A stretch of DNA of 64,000 nt from Actinomycetota bacterium. GTDB lineage: Bacteria; Actinomycetota; Acidimicrobiia; Spongiisociales; UBA5794. Positions 36,640 through 46,661 of this stretch are shown here, in pieces (position 1 is the first letter of the stretch; each line of letters begins with the position of its first letter). The notes beneath the pieces are model-generated. The model had not been told where the DNA came from. It saw nothing but the letters and a program-made list of their open reading frames with translations, and ran no database searches. Location of the stretch: positions 11,522 through 75,521 of the forward strand of contig JAYEIJ010000062.1 of NCBI GenBank assembly GCA_034660035.1. The letters are read 5' to 3'. Position numbers and translations under genes: made by a program.

Positions 36640-38202
36640 GTGGCCGCCATGAACGCACCCTCGCATGTACTCGCCATCGACCTTGGAACGTCCGGGCCGA
36701 AGGTCGCGCTCGTATCGAACCGGGGGGAAGTCCTGGCCAAGGCTTCCGAGTCCGTTGAACTCATCCTGCACGAGGGTGGTGGTGCAGAGCAGGATCCTCA
36801 CGCCTGGTGGAGGGCGATCACCACCGCAGTGCGGCGAACGGCCGCGGCCTCCCCATCGACCAGGATCGCAGCGGTCTCGGTCACGACGCAATGGTCGGGC
36901 ACGGTGACCATCGATGAGGGGGGAGAGCCGATCGGCAACGCGATCATCTGGATGGACTCCCGGGGGGCCCGCTATCTCAAGGATCTCACAGCCCCGGGGC
37001 GGTTCAACATCCAGGGATTCGATCCGCGAAGGGCACGCCGGTGGGTGGCATCCACAGGGGGTGCTCCTTCGGGAGCCGGGAAAGACCCGATCGCCCACAT
37101 CCTCTACCTGAGAAACGAACGGCCCGATGTCTATGACGCGGCAGCGAAGTTCCTGGAACCGAAGGACTACATCAACCTTCGGCTCACCGGTAGGACCGTC
37201 GCGTCCTATGACTCGATCGCCCTGCACTGGCTGACCGACAACCGTGATCCTGACTCCGTCGACTACGACGATGTTCTCCTCGACTATGCCGGACTGACGC
37301 GGGATCAACTCCCGACCCTGTGCCACGCGACCGAGGTGATCGGCGGACTGACCGCCTCCGCCGCCGAGGAACTGGGGATCCCCAAAGGAACTCCCGTCGT
37401 CGCCGGCACACCCGACGTTCACTCCGCTGGTATCGGCGCCGGTACCGTGCGGGATTACGCCGCACACCTCTACATCGGCACGTCGTCCTGGCTCAGCTGT
37501 CACGTGCCGTACAAGAAGACCGATCTGCTGCACTCGATCGCATCCCTGCCGGCCGCCGTTCCCGGGCGGTGGCTGGTGGCCAACGAGCAGGAAACCGCGG
37601 GGAAGGCGGTCGACTGGCTGGCTTCCATCCTGTACCCCGGACGTGACGTCGATGCATCGGTGTACGAGGAACTGAACGCGGCCGCGGCCTCCGTCTCTCC
37701 GGGGTCCGGTGGAGTGGTCTTCACACCGTGGCTCTACGGTGAGCGCACCCCCGTAGAGGACGCCAACCTGCGGGCCGGCTTCTTCAACCAATCCCTCGAC
37801 ACGGGCCGGGAGGAGATGATCAGATCGGTGTTCGAAGGCGTGGCCTACAACACCCGCTGGCTCCTCGAGACCGTCGAACGATTCACGAGGCGGCGTCTCG
37901 ACCCCATTGCCATGGTCGGCGGTGGCGCCCGATCTGCACTCTGGGCCCAGATCCACGCGGATGTACTCGACCGGACGATCGTCCGCCGCGACGAACCGAT
38001 CTGGGTGAACGTCCGCGGCGCCGGGATGCTGGGACATGCCGCCCTCGGACACATCGGATGGGACGAGATCGACGCGATGGCACCCACGGCAGCCACCCAT
38101 GAACCCAACCCGGCCAACCGGGTCGTCTACGACAACCTGTACGACACGTTCCGTCGTATCCACAAAGCCAACCGCGGCATCTATCGCCGCCTGAACGGTT
38201 GA
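36640..38202 (+). CDS. FGGY-family carbohydrate kinase (xylulokinase-like)
   Basis: 520 aa. LAIDLGTSGPKVALV N-terminal motif and FGGY C-terminal domain (GGGARSALWAQI). Confidence 0.85.
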   Translation: MAAMNAPSHVLAIDLGTSGPKVALVSNRGEVLAKASESVELILHEGGGAEQDPHAWWRAITTAVRRTAAASPSTRIAAVSVTTQWSGTVTIDEGGEPIGNAIIWMDSRGARYLKDLTAPGRFNIQGFDPRRARRWVASTGGAPSGAGKDPIAHILYLRNERPDVYDAAAKFLEPKDYINLRLTGRTVASYDSIALHWLTDNRDPDSVDYDDVLLDYAGLTRDQLPTLCHATEVIGGLTASAAEELGIPKGTPVVAGTPDVHSAGIGAGTVRDYAAHLYIGTSSWLSCHVPYKKTDLLHSIASLPAAVPGRWLVANEQETAGKAVDWLASILYPGRDVDASVYEELNAAAASVSPGSGGVVFTPWLYGERTPVEDANLRAGFFNQSLDTGREEMIRSVFEGVAYNTRWLLETVERFTRRRLDPIAMVGGGARSALWAQIHADVLDRTIVRRDEPIWVNVRGAGMLGHAALGHIGWDEIDAMAPTAATHEPNPANRVVYDNLYDTFRRIHKANRGIYRRLNG

Positions 38203-38208
38203 GGTCCC

Positions 38209-39732
38209 ATGAGCACTATCGACCGCGCGAAGAACCTTCTCGACAGGCTTCCACCTCGGGTCGCCTCGGCGCTCATCGGTGGAGCGGCGAAGATCCCCAA
38301 GATGCGGAGCGTCCTCGAAGCCGAGTACGAGACGATGCTGGATGCCGCCCCGGTCGTGCGGCCGGACGCCGACGTGCCTGTCTACTCGCGCCTCCCGGAG
38401 ACGGGTCGGGATCGCGACGAGATCATCGCGTTCGTTGCAGCACTCGCCGAGTCGGAGCAGGGCGAGTGGAGTGACGGTTATGCCTCGGGGGCCGTCTACC
38501 ACGGAAACGCCCAGCACATCGAGTTCCTCAACGAGGTCTACGCCTTGCAGTCACAGTCCAATCCCCTCCACCTCGACGTCTGGCCATCGGGCATGAAGTT
38601 CGAAGCCGAAGTCGTTGCCATGACCGCAGGGATGCTCGGATCGTCAGCAGCGGCAGAGCGAGGCGACGAGATCGTGGGGACCGTCACGTCGGGAGGCACG
38701 GAGTCGATCATCATGGCGATGAAGGCGTACCGGGATCGTGCCGGCATCGCCAAACCCGAGATGGTCATCCCCGACTCGGCTCACGTGGCATTCGACAAGG
38801 CGGCGGCCTACTTCGGCTACAAACAGATCCGGGTCCCCGTCGGAGCCGACTACCGGGCCGACGTCGATGCGATGGCTTCTGCCGTGACGAAACGAACGAT
38901 CGTCGTTGCCGGGTCTACGCCCGGCTTCCCCCACGGCGTCATCGATCCCATTCCGGAACTCTCCGACATGGCCCGCGAACGGGGAGTGGGCTTCCACACC
39001 GATGCGTGCCTCGGTGGCTTCGTACTCCCCTGGGCCGAACGTCTTGGATATCGCGTTCCCCTCTTCGACTTCCGGCTTCCCGGTGTGACGTCGATGTCGG
39101 CCGACACCCACAAGTACGGGTACTCCGCGAAAGGAACGTCGGTTGTTCTGTACCGCGGCAGAGACCTCCGCAGGTATCAGTTCCACGTGGCCACCGAGTG
39201 GCCGGGCGGCCTCTACTACTCCCCCACCCTCGCGGGCAGTCGTCCGGGAGCCCTCCTGGCAACCGCATGGGCCGCGCTCGTGGCCACGGGAGAAGACGGC
39301 TATCTCCGAGCGACGGAGTCGATCTTGGAGACAGGCACCCGGATCCGGGAGGGCATCGCTGAGATCGAAGGCCTGCATGTCCTCGGTGATCCCTTGTGGG
39401 TGATCGCGTTCGGCGCCGAGGACATCGACATCTACGAGGTCATGGCTCGAATGGCCGAGCGAGGATGGAGTCTCAACGGCCTGCACCACCCACCGGCCGT
39501 TCACATCGCCGTCACTCTCCGCCATACCCAACCGGGTGTTGCTGAACGCTTCCTCGATGACCTCTCAGCGTCCGTTGATGGAGCACGGGCCGCCGGAGGT
39601 GGAGCGACCACGGGCGCTGCACCCATGTACGGCATGGCAGCCACGTTCCCCTCACGTGGCGCCGTCAACGAGTTGATGACGCGCTACATCGACAGGATCT
39701 ACGAGGTCGAAGACGAAGACCCGGCCGGCTGA
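38209..39732 (+). CDS. PLP-dependent group II decarboxylase-fold enzyme (sphingosine-1-phosphate-lyase / glutamate-decarboxylase-like)
   Basis: 507 aa. SGGTESI motif and DTHKYG (PLP-lysine motif, as in SPL/Dpl1 and GadB). Confidence 0.8.
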   Translation: MSTIDRAKNLLDRLPPRVASALIGGAAKIPKMRSVLEAEYETMLDAAPVVRPDADVPVYSRLPETGRDRDEIIAFVAALAESEQGEWSDGYASGAVYHGNAQHIEFLNEVYALQSQSNPLHLDVWPSGMKFEAEVVAMTAGMLGSSAAAERGDEIVGTVTSGGTESIIMAMKAYRDRAGIAKPEMVIPDSAHVAFDKAAAYFGYKQIRVPVGADYRADVDAMASAVTKRTIVVAGSTPGFPHGVIDPIPELSDMARERGVGFHTDACLGGFVLPWAERLGYRVPLFDFRLPGVTSMSADTHKYGYSAKGTSVVLYRGRDLRRYQFHVATEWPGGLYYSPTLAGSRPGALLATAWAALVATGEDGYLRATESILETGTRIREGIAEIEGLHVLGDPLWVIAFGAEDIDIYEVMARMAERGWSLNGLHHPPAVHIAVTLRHTQPGVAERFLDDLSASVDGARAAGGGATTGAAPMYGMAATFPSRGAVNELMTRYIDRIYEVEDEDPAG

Positions 39733-39753
39733 GGTACGTGCGCTAACGCCTTG

Positions 39754-39808
39754 AGGTGTCTGGCGTAGAAAACGGCACGGATCCGTCGCTTTTCTACGCC
39801 AGACACCT
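39754..39808 (+). terminator. long perfect hairpin (19-bp stem, 17-nt loop with internal ACGGATCCGT palindrome)
   Basis: AGGTGTCTGGCGTAGAAAA-cggcacggatccgtcgc-TTTTCTACGCCAGACACCT, 22 nt after the stop of the PLP enzyme gene and 60 nt before a small ORF. Confidence 0.55.
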
Positions 39809-39869
39809 CCATGTCGCGTTTGTGTGGCACTATGGAACCGTCATCAAGGACCATTCGAGAGGAGACACC

Positions 39870-39986
39870 CATGGCGAACAAGGACAAGGGTGGGCGGAGC
39901 AGCAAGAAGGCCGCCTCGCGAAGCTTGAAGGAGAAGCGTCAGGCCAAGAAGGCCAAGAGGGCAGGCGATGAGCGAAAACCTCTCTA
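39870..39986 (+). CDS. lysine-rich small protein (38 aa)
   Basis: MANKDKGGRSSKKAASRSLKEKRQAKKAKRAGDERKPL. GAGAGGAG RBS 6 nt upstream. Not in the ORF track. Coordinates +-1. Confidence 0.35.
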
Positions 39987-40094
39987 GGAGTTGACTTCCG
40001 CAAGACCTCTTTCCAACGAATCCCTCCCTTCGATCGGCGCCGGCGCTCCCGGCGATAGGATGCCGGTGGCCGGATCCTCCATCTCGGGACAGGT

Positions 40095-41831
40095 ATGACC
40101 GTCGTTGAAACCTTTGAGAGCCTCCGCACCCGCCCCATCGAGGATTTCGACGACATAGGACTCGCTCTCGACGAACTGGAAGACCGGCCTCTGCCCCCGG
40201 TACCGGACGACGTCCCATTTCTCGCCACCGTCGCCCGAGGCGTTGCATTCGTGACCTTCGCGTACGACATCGACGGTGTCGCCATGGAGATCGCGAAGTA
40301 CGGGATGGCACTTGTGGCGTTGCTCCGTGAGGGGGGGTACGAGCCCAGAGTGCACTGCGTTGGCGGCAATTTCGCGGAGAAGGCCGATGTGGTGCTCCCG
40401 GCGGATTGTCCGCGCATCCTGCTCCACACCGCTGACGGATGGGACAAGTGGGAAGGCGGGAAGTGGTTCGCGCGGCTGTTCTTCAAGGACATGCCGGAGG
40501 GCAGCGCCGCATCGCGCAAGATGGCGACGAAGATGTGGTCCGAGGCGGTGCGCATGGCGGAGGAGCTGGCAACGCTCGTGGCGAACGACGAGATCGGTCT
40601 CCTGATCCCGGTCAACGTCAACTCGAACCCAGGCAACTTCGCACTGGCCCTCGCGATGGTGCTGGTGTCGGAGGTGACCGGATGCCCCGTGTTGAACAAC
40701 AATCACGACTTCTACTGGGAGGGTGGTCGCCCGACCGAGGAGCGGCCCTCGGGCGAACCGGCCGGACCTCGCGACCACTTCTTCCGCAATCACGAGAACA
40801 CGGCCTTCTTCGACGTCTTCCGGCGCATCCTGCCGTGGAACGGCCGGCGCTGGATGCAGGTCAACATCAATCCCGTTCAATCGGTACGACTCGTGGAGCA
40901 GGACGGATTCCCCGCCGATCGCGTCTTCCTCATCGGCACGGGCATCGACGAGGGATTCTCCCAACCCTGCTCCCCCGGGACGAAACGCGAGTACCGACGG
41001 CGAATGGCACACATCCTCTCCGACGGAGAGCCGACGGTCGCCGCAACGCCGATGGCGCAGTTCTTGCAGCACACGGCGGAGTGGATGAGCGATCAGCGCC
41101 CGATCGTGTGCGGGCTACGAGAGGGCACTACGCTCGACTTCGCCTCGCCGAAGACACTGGTTCTGCTGCAACCCACCCGCGTCGTGCCGCGCAAGCGTAT
41201 TCCAAGGGACTGGGCCCTGCTCGACGCATTGTTCCACTACCCCTCGTTCCGGAACGCGTTCGAACAGGACGAGGACATGGCACTCATCTTGCTCGTCACC
41301 GGTCCGGTGCCGATCGAACACAGGATCGACCTCGAGGACGTGCTGACCGCCTTCGGTGATGTCCTGAAATCCGTGCCCGAGTCGATCGGTGAGAGAGTCT
41401 TCCAGGCGTTCTCCGTGGGGAACCAGAACCATTCCTCCCTGTCCGAAGGCCTGGAGATCTTCGACATCTACCACACCGCCGACATGGTTCTGTTCCCGAG
41501 CGAAACCGAGGGGCGGGGTCTTCCCATACCGGAATCCGCGGCGGCCGGCATCCCGATCGTGTGCTCTCGATACGATCCCGTCCTCGTCTTCGACGATGTA
41601 GTAGGCGCGAACCGACCCGAATCCGAACGGTTGAAGTACCTCGAGTTCCCCGAAACCGGGTTCGACAACGAACTCCTCGAACAGATCACTGCCATGCTGC
41701 TCGATCCCACCTCCTTCGCCGACCGAACTCGCCACAATCGGGACGTCGTACAAGCGCGCTACTCGCTGGCGGATCTGCAGCGTTCCTTCTCTGAATACCT
41801 ATCACGCCTGGAATCCGTTCACGGGCGGTGA
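40095..41831 (+). CDS. GT4-family glycosyltransferase with long N-terminal extension
   Basis: 578 aa. C-terminal GT4 signature FPSETEGRGLPIPESAAAGIPIV (E-x7-E motif). The ~350-aa N-terminal region is atypical. Confidence 0.65.
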   Translation: MTVVETFESLRTRPIEDFDDIGLALDELEDRPLPPVPDDVPFLATVARGVAFVTFAYDIDGVAMEIAKYGMALVALLREGGYEPRVHCVGGNFAEKADVVLPADCPRILLHTADGWDKWEGGKWFARLFFKDMPEGSAASRKMATKMWSEAVRMAEELATLVANDEIGLLIPVNVNSNPGNFALALAMVLVSEVTGCPVLNNNHDFYWEGGRPTEERPSGEPAGPRDHFFRNHENTAFFDVFRRILPWNGRRWMQVNINPVQSVRLVEQDGFPADRVFLIGTGIDEGFSQPCSPGTKREYRRRMAHILSDGEPTVAATPMAQFLQHTAEWMSDQRPIVCGLREGTTLDFASPKTLVLLQPTRVVPRKRIPRDWALLDALFHYPSFRNAFEQDEDMALILLVTGPVPIEHRIDLEDVLTAFGDVLKSVPESIGERVFQAFSVGNQNHSSLSEGLEIFDIYHTADMVLFPSETEGRGLPIPESAAAGIPIVCSRYDPVLVFDDVVGANRPESERLKYLEFPETGFDNELLEQITAMLLDPTSFADRTRHNRDVVQARYSLADLQRSFSEYLSRLESVHGR

Positions 41832-41848
41832 ACCGGAGGGACACGGCC

Positions 41849-42973
41849 ATGCACATATGCTTCATCGAGGACACGTACCTGCACGGTGGAACCCAGATCT
41901 GGGTCGCTGAGGCCATGCGCGACTTCTTGGCCAAGGGCCACGACGTGACGCTCTTGACCGCCGCCGACGGCTTCAACGCCCGGGACGGCCTCTTGACCGA
42001 TGCACGGGTCGTGACGTACGACTTCAGCGACGTGGTCACTGAAGATGACCAGCACCGCGACATCTGGAAGGATGCGCTGGCCGGCACCGACGTGGCGGTG
42101 TGCACCGTCCACCCTCCGCGAGACGGCTTCCATTGTTCGGTTTTCGCCGCCCGCTGCATCGAAGAGGCGGGACTGGACACGGTTCTGGAGCCGAAGACCG
42201 GCACGATCGTCCCCGAGTACGAACGCGAGTTCTACCTGCCACCGCGGGACATCCGGAGCCATGTGATCTCCATCACGGACTTCACGCGTCGGTATCTGAT
42301 CGAGAACCTCGGAATCCCCGAGCACGGGGTTTCCCTGGTCTACCAGGGGACGGAGGTCTCGCGCTTCACGCCCGACGAGGACCGTCGGCGGGAAGCCCGG
42401 ACGCGATACCCGCTGCCCTCCGACGCAGCGCCGATCCTCGGAAGCGTGGGTTCGTTCGAACACCGCAAGGGCCAGGTCGTGTTGCTCGAGGCCGTCGTCG
42501 AGATGCGACGGACGCTTCCCAATGTGCACCTGATGCTGGTGGGAGACGGGCCCGACGAGGACTTGCTGAAGGCCAAGGTCGAGGAGTTGGGACTCGAAGC
42601 GAACGTCACGTTCTTCCCGTTCACGAAGGAACCAGTCCACGTCTTCGAGGTCATCGACATCCTCGTTCTCTCCAGCCTCTACAAGGAGGGGTTGCCCAAC
42701 GTGATCCTCGAGGCGATGTCGATGGGCCTTCCCGTCGTCGCGTCGCGCATGGCGGGTGTTCCCGAGGTGGTGATTGACGGCCGCACCGGTTGGATGACCG
42801 ACCCCGGCGACGCCCACGGCCTGGCCCGCGCCGTAGAACGGCTCTGGGAAGACCCGGTGGCCTGCCGGGAGATGGGGTATGAGGGTCGCCGGCTCATGGA
42901 AGAGAAGTTCGACAAGGTGCACCAGTTCGATGCCTTCCTCGAACACTTCGCGACTCAGATCGGTCAGTCGTGA
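41849..42973 (+). CDS. GT4-family glycosyltransferase (GT-B, retaining)
   Basis: ORF 41828.., ATG 41849 (MHICFIEDTYLHGGTQIW...). GGAGGGA RBS. LSSLYKEGLPNVILEAMSMGLPVVAS EX7E motif. GlgM/PimA/MshA-like size. Confidence 0.8.
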   Translation: MHICFIEDTYLHGGTQIWVAEAMRDFLAKGHDVTLLTAADGFNARDGLLTDARVVTYDFSDVVTEDDQHRDIWKDALAGTDVAVCTVHPPRDGFHCSVFAARCIEEAGLDTVLEPKTGTIVPEYEREFYLPPRDIRSHVISITDFTRRYLIENLGIPEHGVSLVYQGTEVSRFTPDEDRRREARTRYPLPSDAAPILGSVGSFEHRKGQVVLLEAVVEMRRTLPNVHLMLVGDGPDEDLLKAKVEELGLEANVTFFPFTKEPVHVFEVIDILVLSSLYKEGLPNVILEAMSMGLPVVASRMAGVPEVVIDGRTGWMTDPGDAHGLARAVERLWEDPVACREMGYEGRRLMEEKFDKVHQFDAFLEHFATQIGQS

Positions 42974-43025
42974 GGATCAAAGGCTCCGCGGTCTTGCCCC
43001 CATCTCAGCGACTGGTTCTCGCTCG

Positions 43026-43919
43026 TTGACCACGCCGACCGATACCGGGACCGACGACGACGCGATCCTCCGAGATGTTGCTGCTCGCGTGCCGGAGCTT
43101 GCTCAAGCCACACACCTGAGCGTCACGCACCTGGTCGGTGGCCTCACCAACAGGAACTACCTCGTCGGCACCGACGACGTCCAGTTCGTGATTCGGATTG
43201 CCGGCGAGAACGGACCGCTCCTCGGTGTCGATCGTGCGCGGGAGAAGGACGTGATCGATATCGTCGAAGCGGCGGGCATCACACCGCAGCTTGCAGCTTT
43301 CGTCCTACCCGATGGCCACGCTGCGACCCGCTTCCTCGCAGGAGCCCATGCGCTCAGCATCGACGAGTTCACCTCCCCGGCAATGGTCCCGCGCCTCGCT
43401 GCGAAGCTGCGCGAGGTGCACAACCTCGGACCTGTGCAAGGCGTGTTCGATCCACACGCCGACATCACCCGCTGGATGGACCTGCTGAGGTCGAAGGGCA
43501 CACCCTTGCCGTCCCGTCTCGACCCGCTCCTCGAACTCGTTGCCGCATCGCATGCCGTTCGACCCCGACCAGCGGAACACGAGATGGTGCTCTGCCACAA
43601 CGATCCCTATCACCTGAACTTCCTCGACGATGGGACCCTCTGGCTCATCGACTGGGAGTACGCGGGGATGAACGATCCGATGTACGACCTCGCGGGCATC
43701 GCATACACGCTCGACGACAAGGGCCGTGATCTGCTGCTCGAGGCCTACTTCGGCTCGGTTGCACCACAGACTCGCCGTGATCTCGAAGCACTCATGCCGG
43801 TGTATCTGTGCTGGAACGTGGTCTGGTCCCTCATCCAGATCGATGGCGGCCTCAGAGGTTTCGACTACTTCAGCTACTCCGAAGAGCTCCTCGACTGGAT
43901 GCCGGCGCTTCGGACCTGA
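43026..43919 (+). CDS. phosphotransferase-family kinase (APH/choline-kinase-like fold)
   Basis: ORF 42879..43919. LVGGLTNRNY Gly-rich loop, LCHNDPYHLNF (Brenner HxDxxxxN motif), and LIDWEYAG (DxE). Start uncertain (TTG 43026 proposed). Confidence 0.65.
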   Translation: MTTPTDTGTDDDAILRDVAARVPELAQATHLSVTHLVGGLTNRNYLVGTDDVQFVIRIAGENGPLLGVDRAREKDVIDIVEAAGITPQLAAFVLPDGHAATRFLAGAHALSIDEFTSPAMVPRLAAKLREVHNLGPVQGVFDPHADITRWMDLLRSKGTPLPSRLDPLLELVAASHAVRPRPAEHEMVLCHNDPYHLNFLDDGTLWLIDWEYAGMNDPMYDLAGIAYTLDDKGRDLLLEAYFGSVAPQTRRDLEALMPVYLCWNVVWSLIQIDGGLRGFDYFSYSEELLDWMPALRT

Positions 43920-44085
43920 ACCTGTAGTCGAAGCAGTCGGCCGCCCCGGTTGTGGCATTCCGATCTCGGTACCTCGCTCTTCCGTCCAACCGGAAGACGC
44001 CAAGCTCAGTCAGCTTGTCTGATTAGGGTGACCTTTCAAGACGTTCCCCACCATGGACCGGCGTCCATTACCGAAGGAGATACCT

Positions 44086-44472
44086 ATGGCGCAACAACCC
44101 GGAGGTTGGTACACCGACCCGACCAGGCAATACATGTACCGCTACTGGAACGGGACCCAGTGGACCAACCAGGTGAGCAGCAGCGGGATCACCAGCACCG
44201 ACCCGAACGCCATGGACCCGTCGGCTGCCATCACGCCCCCGGCTCCGGGTTCCGAGGTAGCGACTCCACCCCAGGCTGCACCGGCGCCGACGGTTCAGGT
44301 CTCGCAGAAGAGTGGAACGGGAATCGGCGTCATCATCGGTGTCCTCGTGGCCGTTGTGGCGGTCATCGTGTTGATCCTCGTGCTGATGAACAGCTCGGGG
44401 GGCGACTCACCGACGTCGACCACCGGCGCTCCGGCAACGACAGTAGCCCCGGCAACGACCGTCGCTCCGTAG
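44086..44472 (+). CDS. DUF2510 domain membrane protein
   Basis: ORF 44053.., ATG 44086 (MAQQPGGWYTDPTRQYMYRYWNGTQWT). AAGGAG RBS. C-terminal TM helix and Pro/Thr-rich tail. Confidence 0.7.
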   Translation: MAQQPGGWYTDPTRQYMYRYWNGTQWTNQVSSSGITSTDPNAMDPSAAITPPAPGSEVATPPQAAPAPTVQVSQKSGTGIGVIIGVLVAVVAVIVLILVLMNSSGGDSPTSTTGAPATTVAPATTVAP

Positions 44473-44520
44473 CGAGCAACCCATCTGGGAAGGGGTTGAA
44501 GCACTCCCCCCGCTTCATGA

Positions 44521-44555
44521 CAGAACCCTGTAACCGTTCCGGTTACAGGGTTCTG
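44521..44555 (+). terminator. perfect 16-bp hairpin (CAGAACCCTGTAACCG-ttc-CGGTTACAGGGTTCTG)
   Basis: Direct read of the sequence. 48 nt after the DUF2510 stop. Resembles the hairpin at 48522-48554. Confidence 0.55.
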
Positions 44556-44852
44556 CCGCATCGTTTCGCGCCTCTTCTCAGCACTGCTCGGTGTCATGTG
44601 GACGCGGTGTGGTCGCGAACCCAAACCTGCCGAACCCAGTGGATAGACAGACCGTCCATGATCGACACAGCGAACGGCTCGCAGAGCGGTGCATAACGAC
44701 CGCGCCTCCATCACCACCCTGATCATCACGAATCCAACACACCCAACCGGGTATGAGCGGCCGGGAGAACGATCTAACCCTTGACCGGGAGTAAGCGCTG
44801 GACTGAGATTGGGGTGTAGATATTCGTCGGGATTACCGGAAGGGAGGCTGGA

Positions 44853-45719
44853 GTGTTCGAGTTCAGCAAGCCGGACCTGACCCCTGAGACCAGACAGGAC
44901 TTGCCGGGGAGCTTCGTCGGATTGTCGGCAGGCGTCACGCACTACGAGTTGAGCGGGGACGCAGACGGCCGGCGTGTCGTTCTGATCCATGGCAATGCCG
45001 CACCCTACGTGCAATGGGACAACACGATTGGGGATCTGCGCGATGCCGGGTGCCGGGTGCTCAGGTATGACGTGATCGGGCACGGCTTCACGGATAGGCC
45101 GCGATTGCGCACCTACGACGCACAGCTGTACAACACGCAACTCGCCGAGTTGATTGACCGTCTCGACATTCCCTATCCGGTCTCTGTAGTGGGAACGTCC
45201 CAGGGTGGGAGCATCGGCGCCTGCTTTGCAGCGGCGTATCCGGGGAGGGTCGAGAGGCTCGCCCTGCTCGCGCCGTTCTTCGACACCCACGGAGGAGGCA
45301 TAGGCGCTGTGCTTCTCAAGACCCCCATCGTCGGGGAACTCCTTCTAGGACTGGCGCCCGACAGCAAGATCATCGATCGAACGAACTATTTCGTTCAGTC
45401 CGCCGACAAGAGAACGGCTCTTGAACACGAGATCGCAAAACAACTCCGTTTTCGGGGGAAACGGAGAGCAATGCTGGCCAACGCGAGAGGGGACGCACTG
45501 GTCGACGCAACATCCTGGTACGAAGGCGTCAAGGCTCAGGGCATTCCCACGCTGCTCACATGGGGAACCCAAGACAAGCTGCTACCCGAAGACTCCATGA
45601 GCAGATTGCGCGATCTGCTCCCCGACATCGAATACCACGAACTCGAAGGGGCTGCACATCTAGCGCACTATGAGTTCCCGGACCGCATCAACCCGATCCT
45701 GACTCGATTCTTGAGATAG
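44853..45719 (+). CDS. alpha/beta hydrolase
   Basis: 288 aa, GTG start with GGAAGGGAGG RBS. HGNAAP, the nucleophile elbow GTSQGG, and a C-terminal His. Confidence 0.8.
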   Translation: MFEFSKPDLTPETRQDLPGSFVGLSAGVTHYELSGDADGRRVVLIHGNAAPYVQWDNTIGDLRDAGCRVLRYDVIGHGFTDRPRLRTYDAQLYNTQLAELIDRLDIPYPVSVVGTSQGGSIGACFAAAYPGRVERLALLAPFFDTHGGGIGAVLLKTPIVGELLLGLAPDSKIIDRTNYFVQSADKRTALEHEIAKQLRFRGKRRAMLANARGDALVDATSWYEGVKAQGIPTLLTWGTQDKLLPEDSMSRLRDLLPDIEYHELEGAAHLAHYEFPDRINPILTRFLR

Positions 45720-45749
45720 ACCGCCCGTATGAGGCACGTTTGCGCTGCC

Positions 45750-45959
45750 TCAGCTGCTGGCTCCCGCAACGAGGGTAGCGACGATGTGGGTGGCGTGTCG
45801 GTCGAGGGAGCGGCGTGCACGGTCGTAGCGCGTCGTCGTTCTCGGGTCTGCATGCGATGCCGCCTCATGCACATCTCGCAGTGGGACTCCTGCATCGAGG
45901 GCCGCGGTGATGAACCAATGGCGCAGCGAATGCGGATTGATGCGCTTGTCGACCTGCAC
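45750..45959 (-). pseudogene. tyrosine recombinase (phage integrase) C-terminal fragment
   Basis: 69-aa ORF. NPHSLRHWFITAALDAGVPLRDVHEAASHADPRTTTRYDRA matches integrase catalytic box II/III (HxxRH...Y). No N-terminal or core-binding domains upstream. Confidence 0.6.
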
Positions 45960-46094
45960 GCCGCCAACTCAACCACCCAATCAGACAGCGCGGATGCGCC
46001 GGCATGGGCGGATCTCGGTCCTGAATTCCCTGTGCGTGCTGGCTGTCCGGTGGGTAGCCTTGGCATGGGATGGCAAGGAGAATCGGGGTGCGCG

Positions 46095-46604
46095 ATGCGC
46101 AGACTCGCCAAGATACTCGCCGTGGTGCTCGGTGTAGTCATAGTGGAACAGCTGGTCGAGACCGTACTGATGATGTGGGCGTTTCACTCCCGCAGCCCGC
46201 TGGCGATGGGGTTGCTCAAGCGCTACCACAAGTACGTGACCAATCCGGTGATGGTCCGGTTCATCTCGGGCCGGTCAGCGCACGCCGCGTTGCTCCATCA
46301 CGTCGGTAGGCGGTCGGGGAAAGCTTACGAGACGCCCCTGACGGCTCACCGGACGGAAGACACCATCATCGTGGGGCTGCCCTACGGCACGGGAGTCGAC
46401 TGGTTGCGCAACCTGCAAGCTGCCGGTCAGGGTGTTGTGGAACTCGATGGCCAGAGTGTCACTGTCGATGAACTGGAGGTGGTTCCAGTCGACCGCGTCA
46501 TGGCGCTCCTTCCCCCTTTCATGGTTCGAATCTTCCATCTGCACGACACCGAACACGCCCTCCGCCTACACGTCGCGGGACCCGGCGAGCGACTGTCCGC
46601 CTGA
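46095..46604 (+). CDS. deazaflavin (F420)-dependent nitroreductase-family protein (Ddn/DUF385-like)
   Basis: ORF 45729.., ATG 46095 (MRRLAKILAVVLG...). Small split-barrel-like protein with a conserved GVDWLRNLQAAGQGVVELDG region. Confidence 0.6.
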   Translation: MRRLAKILAVVLGVVIVEQLVETVLMMWAFHSRSPLAMGLLKRYHKYVTNPVMVRFISGRSAHAALLHHVGRRSGKAYETPLTAHRTEDTIIVGLPYGTGVDWLRNLQAAGQGVVELDGQSVTVDELEVVPVDRVMALLPPFMVRIFHLHDTEHALRLHVAGPGERLSA

Positions 46605-46661
46605 AGCCCGCTGTCTGCCTCGCTAGCGGCTTTCGCCGCGCTGCGGCAACGCGTCGACCGG

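Noticed and set aside
44826-44842. Putative attL-like partial copy of the tRNA-Pro 3' end
   Set aside because: Only about 15/19 matching positions. Kept as a weak supporting note under the island finding, not as a feature.
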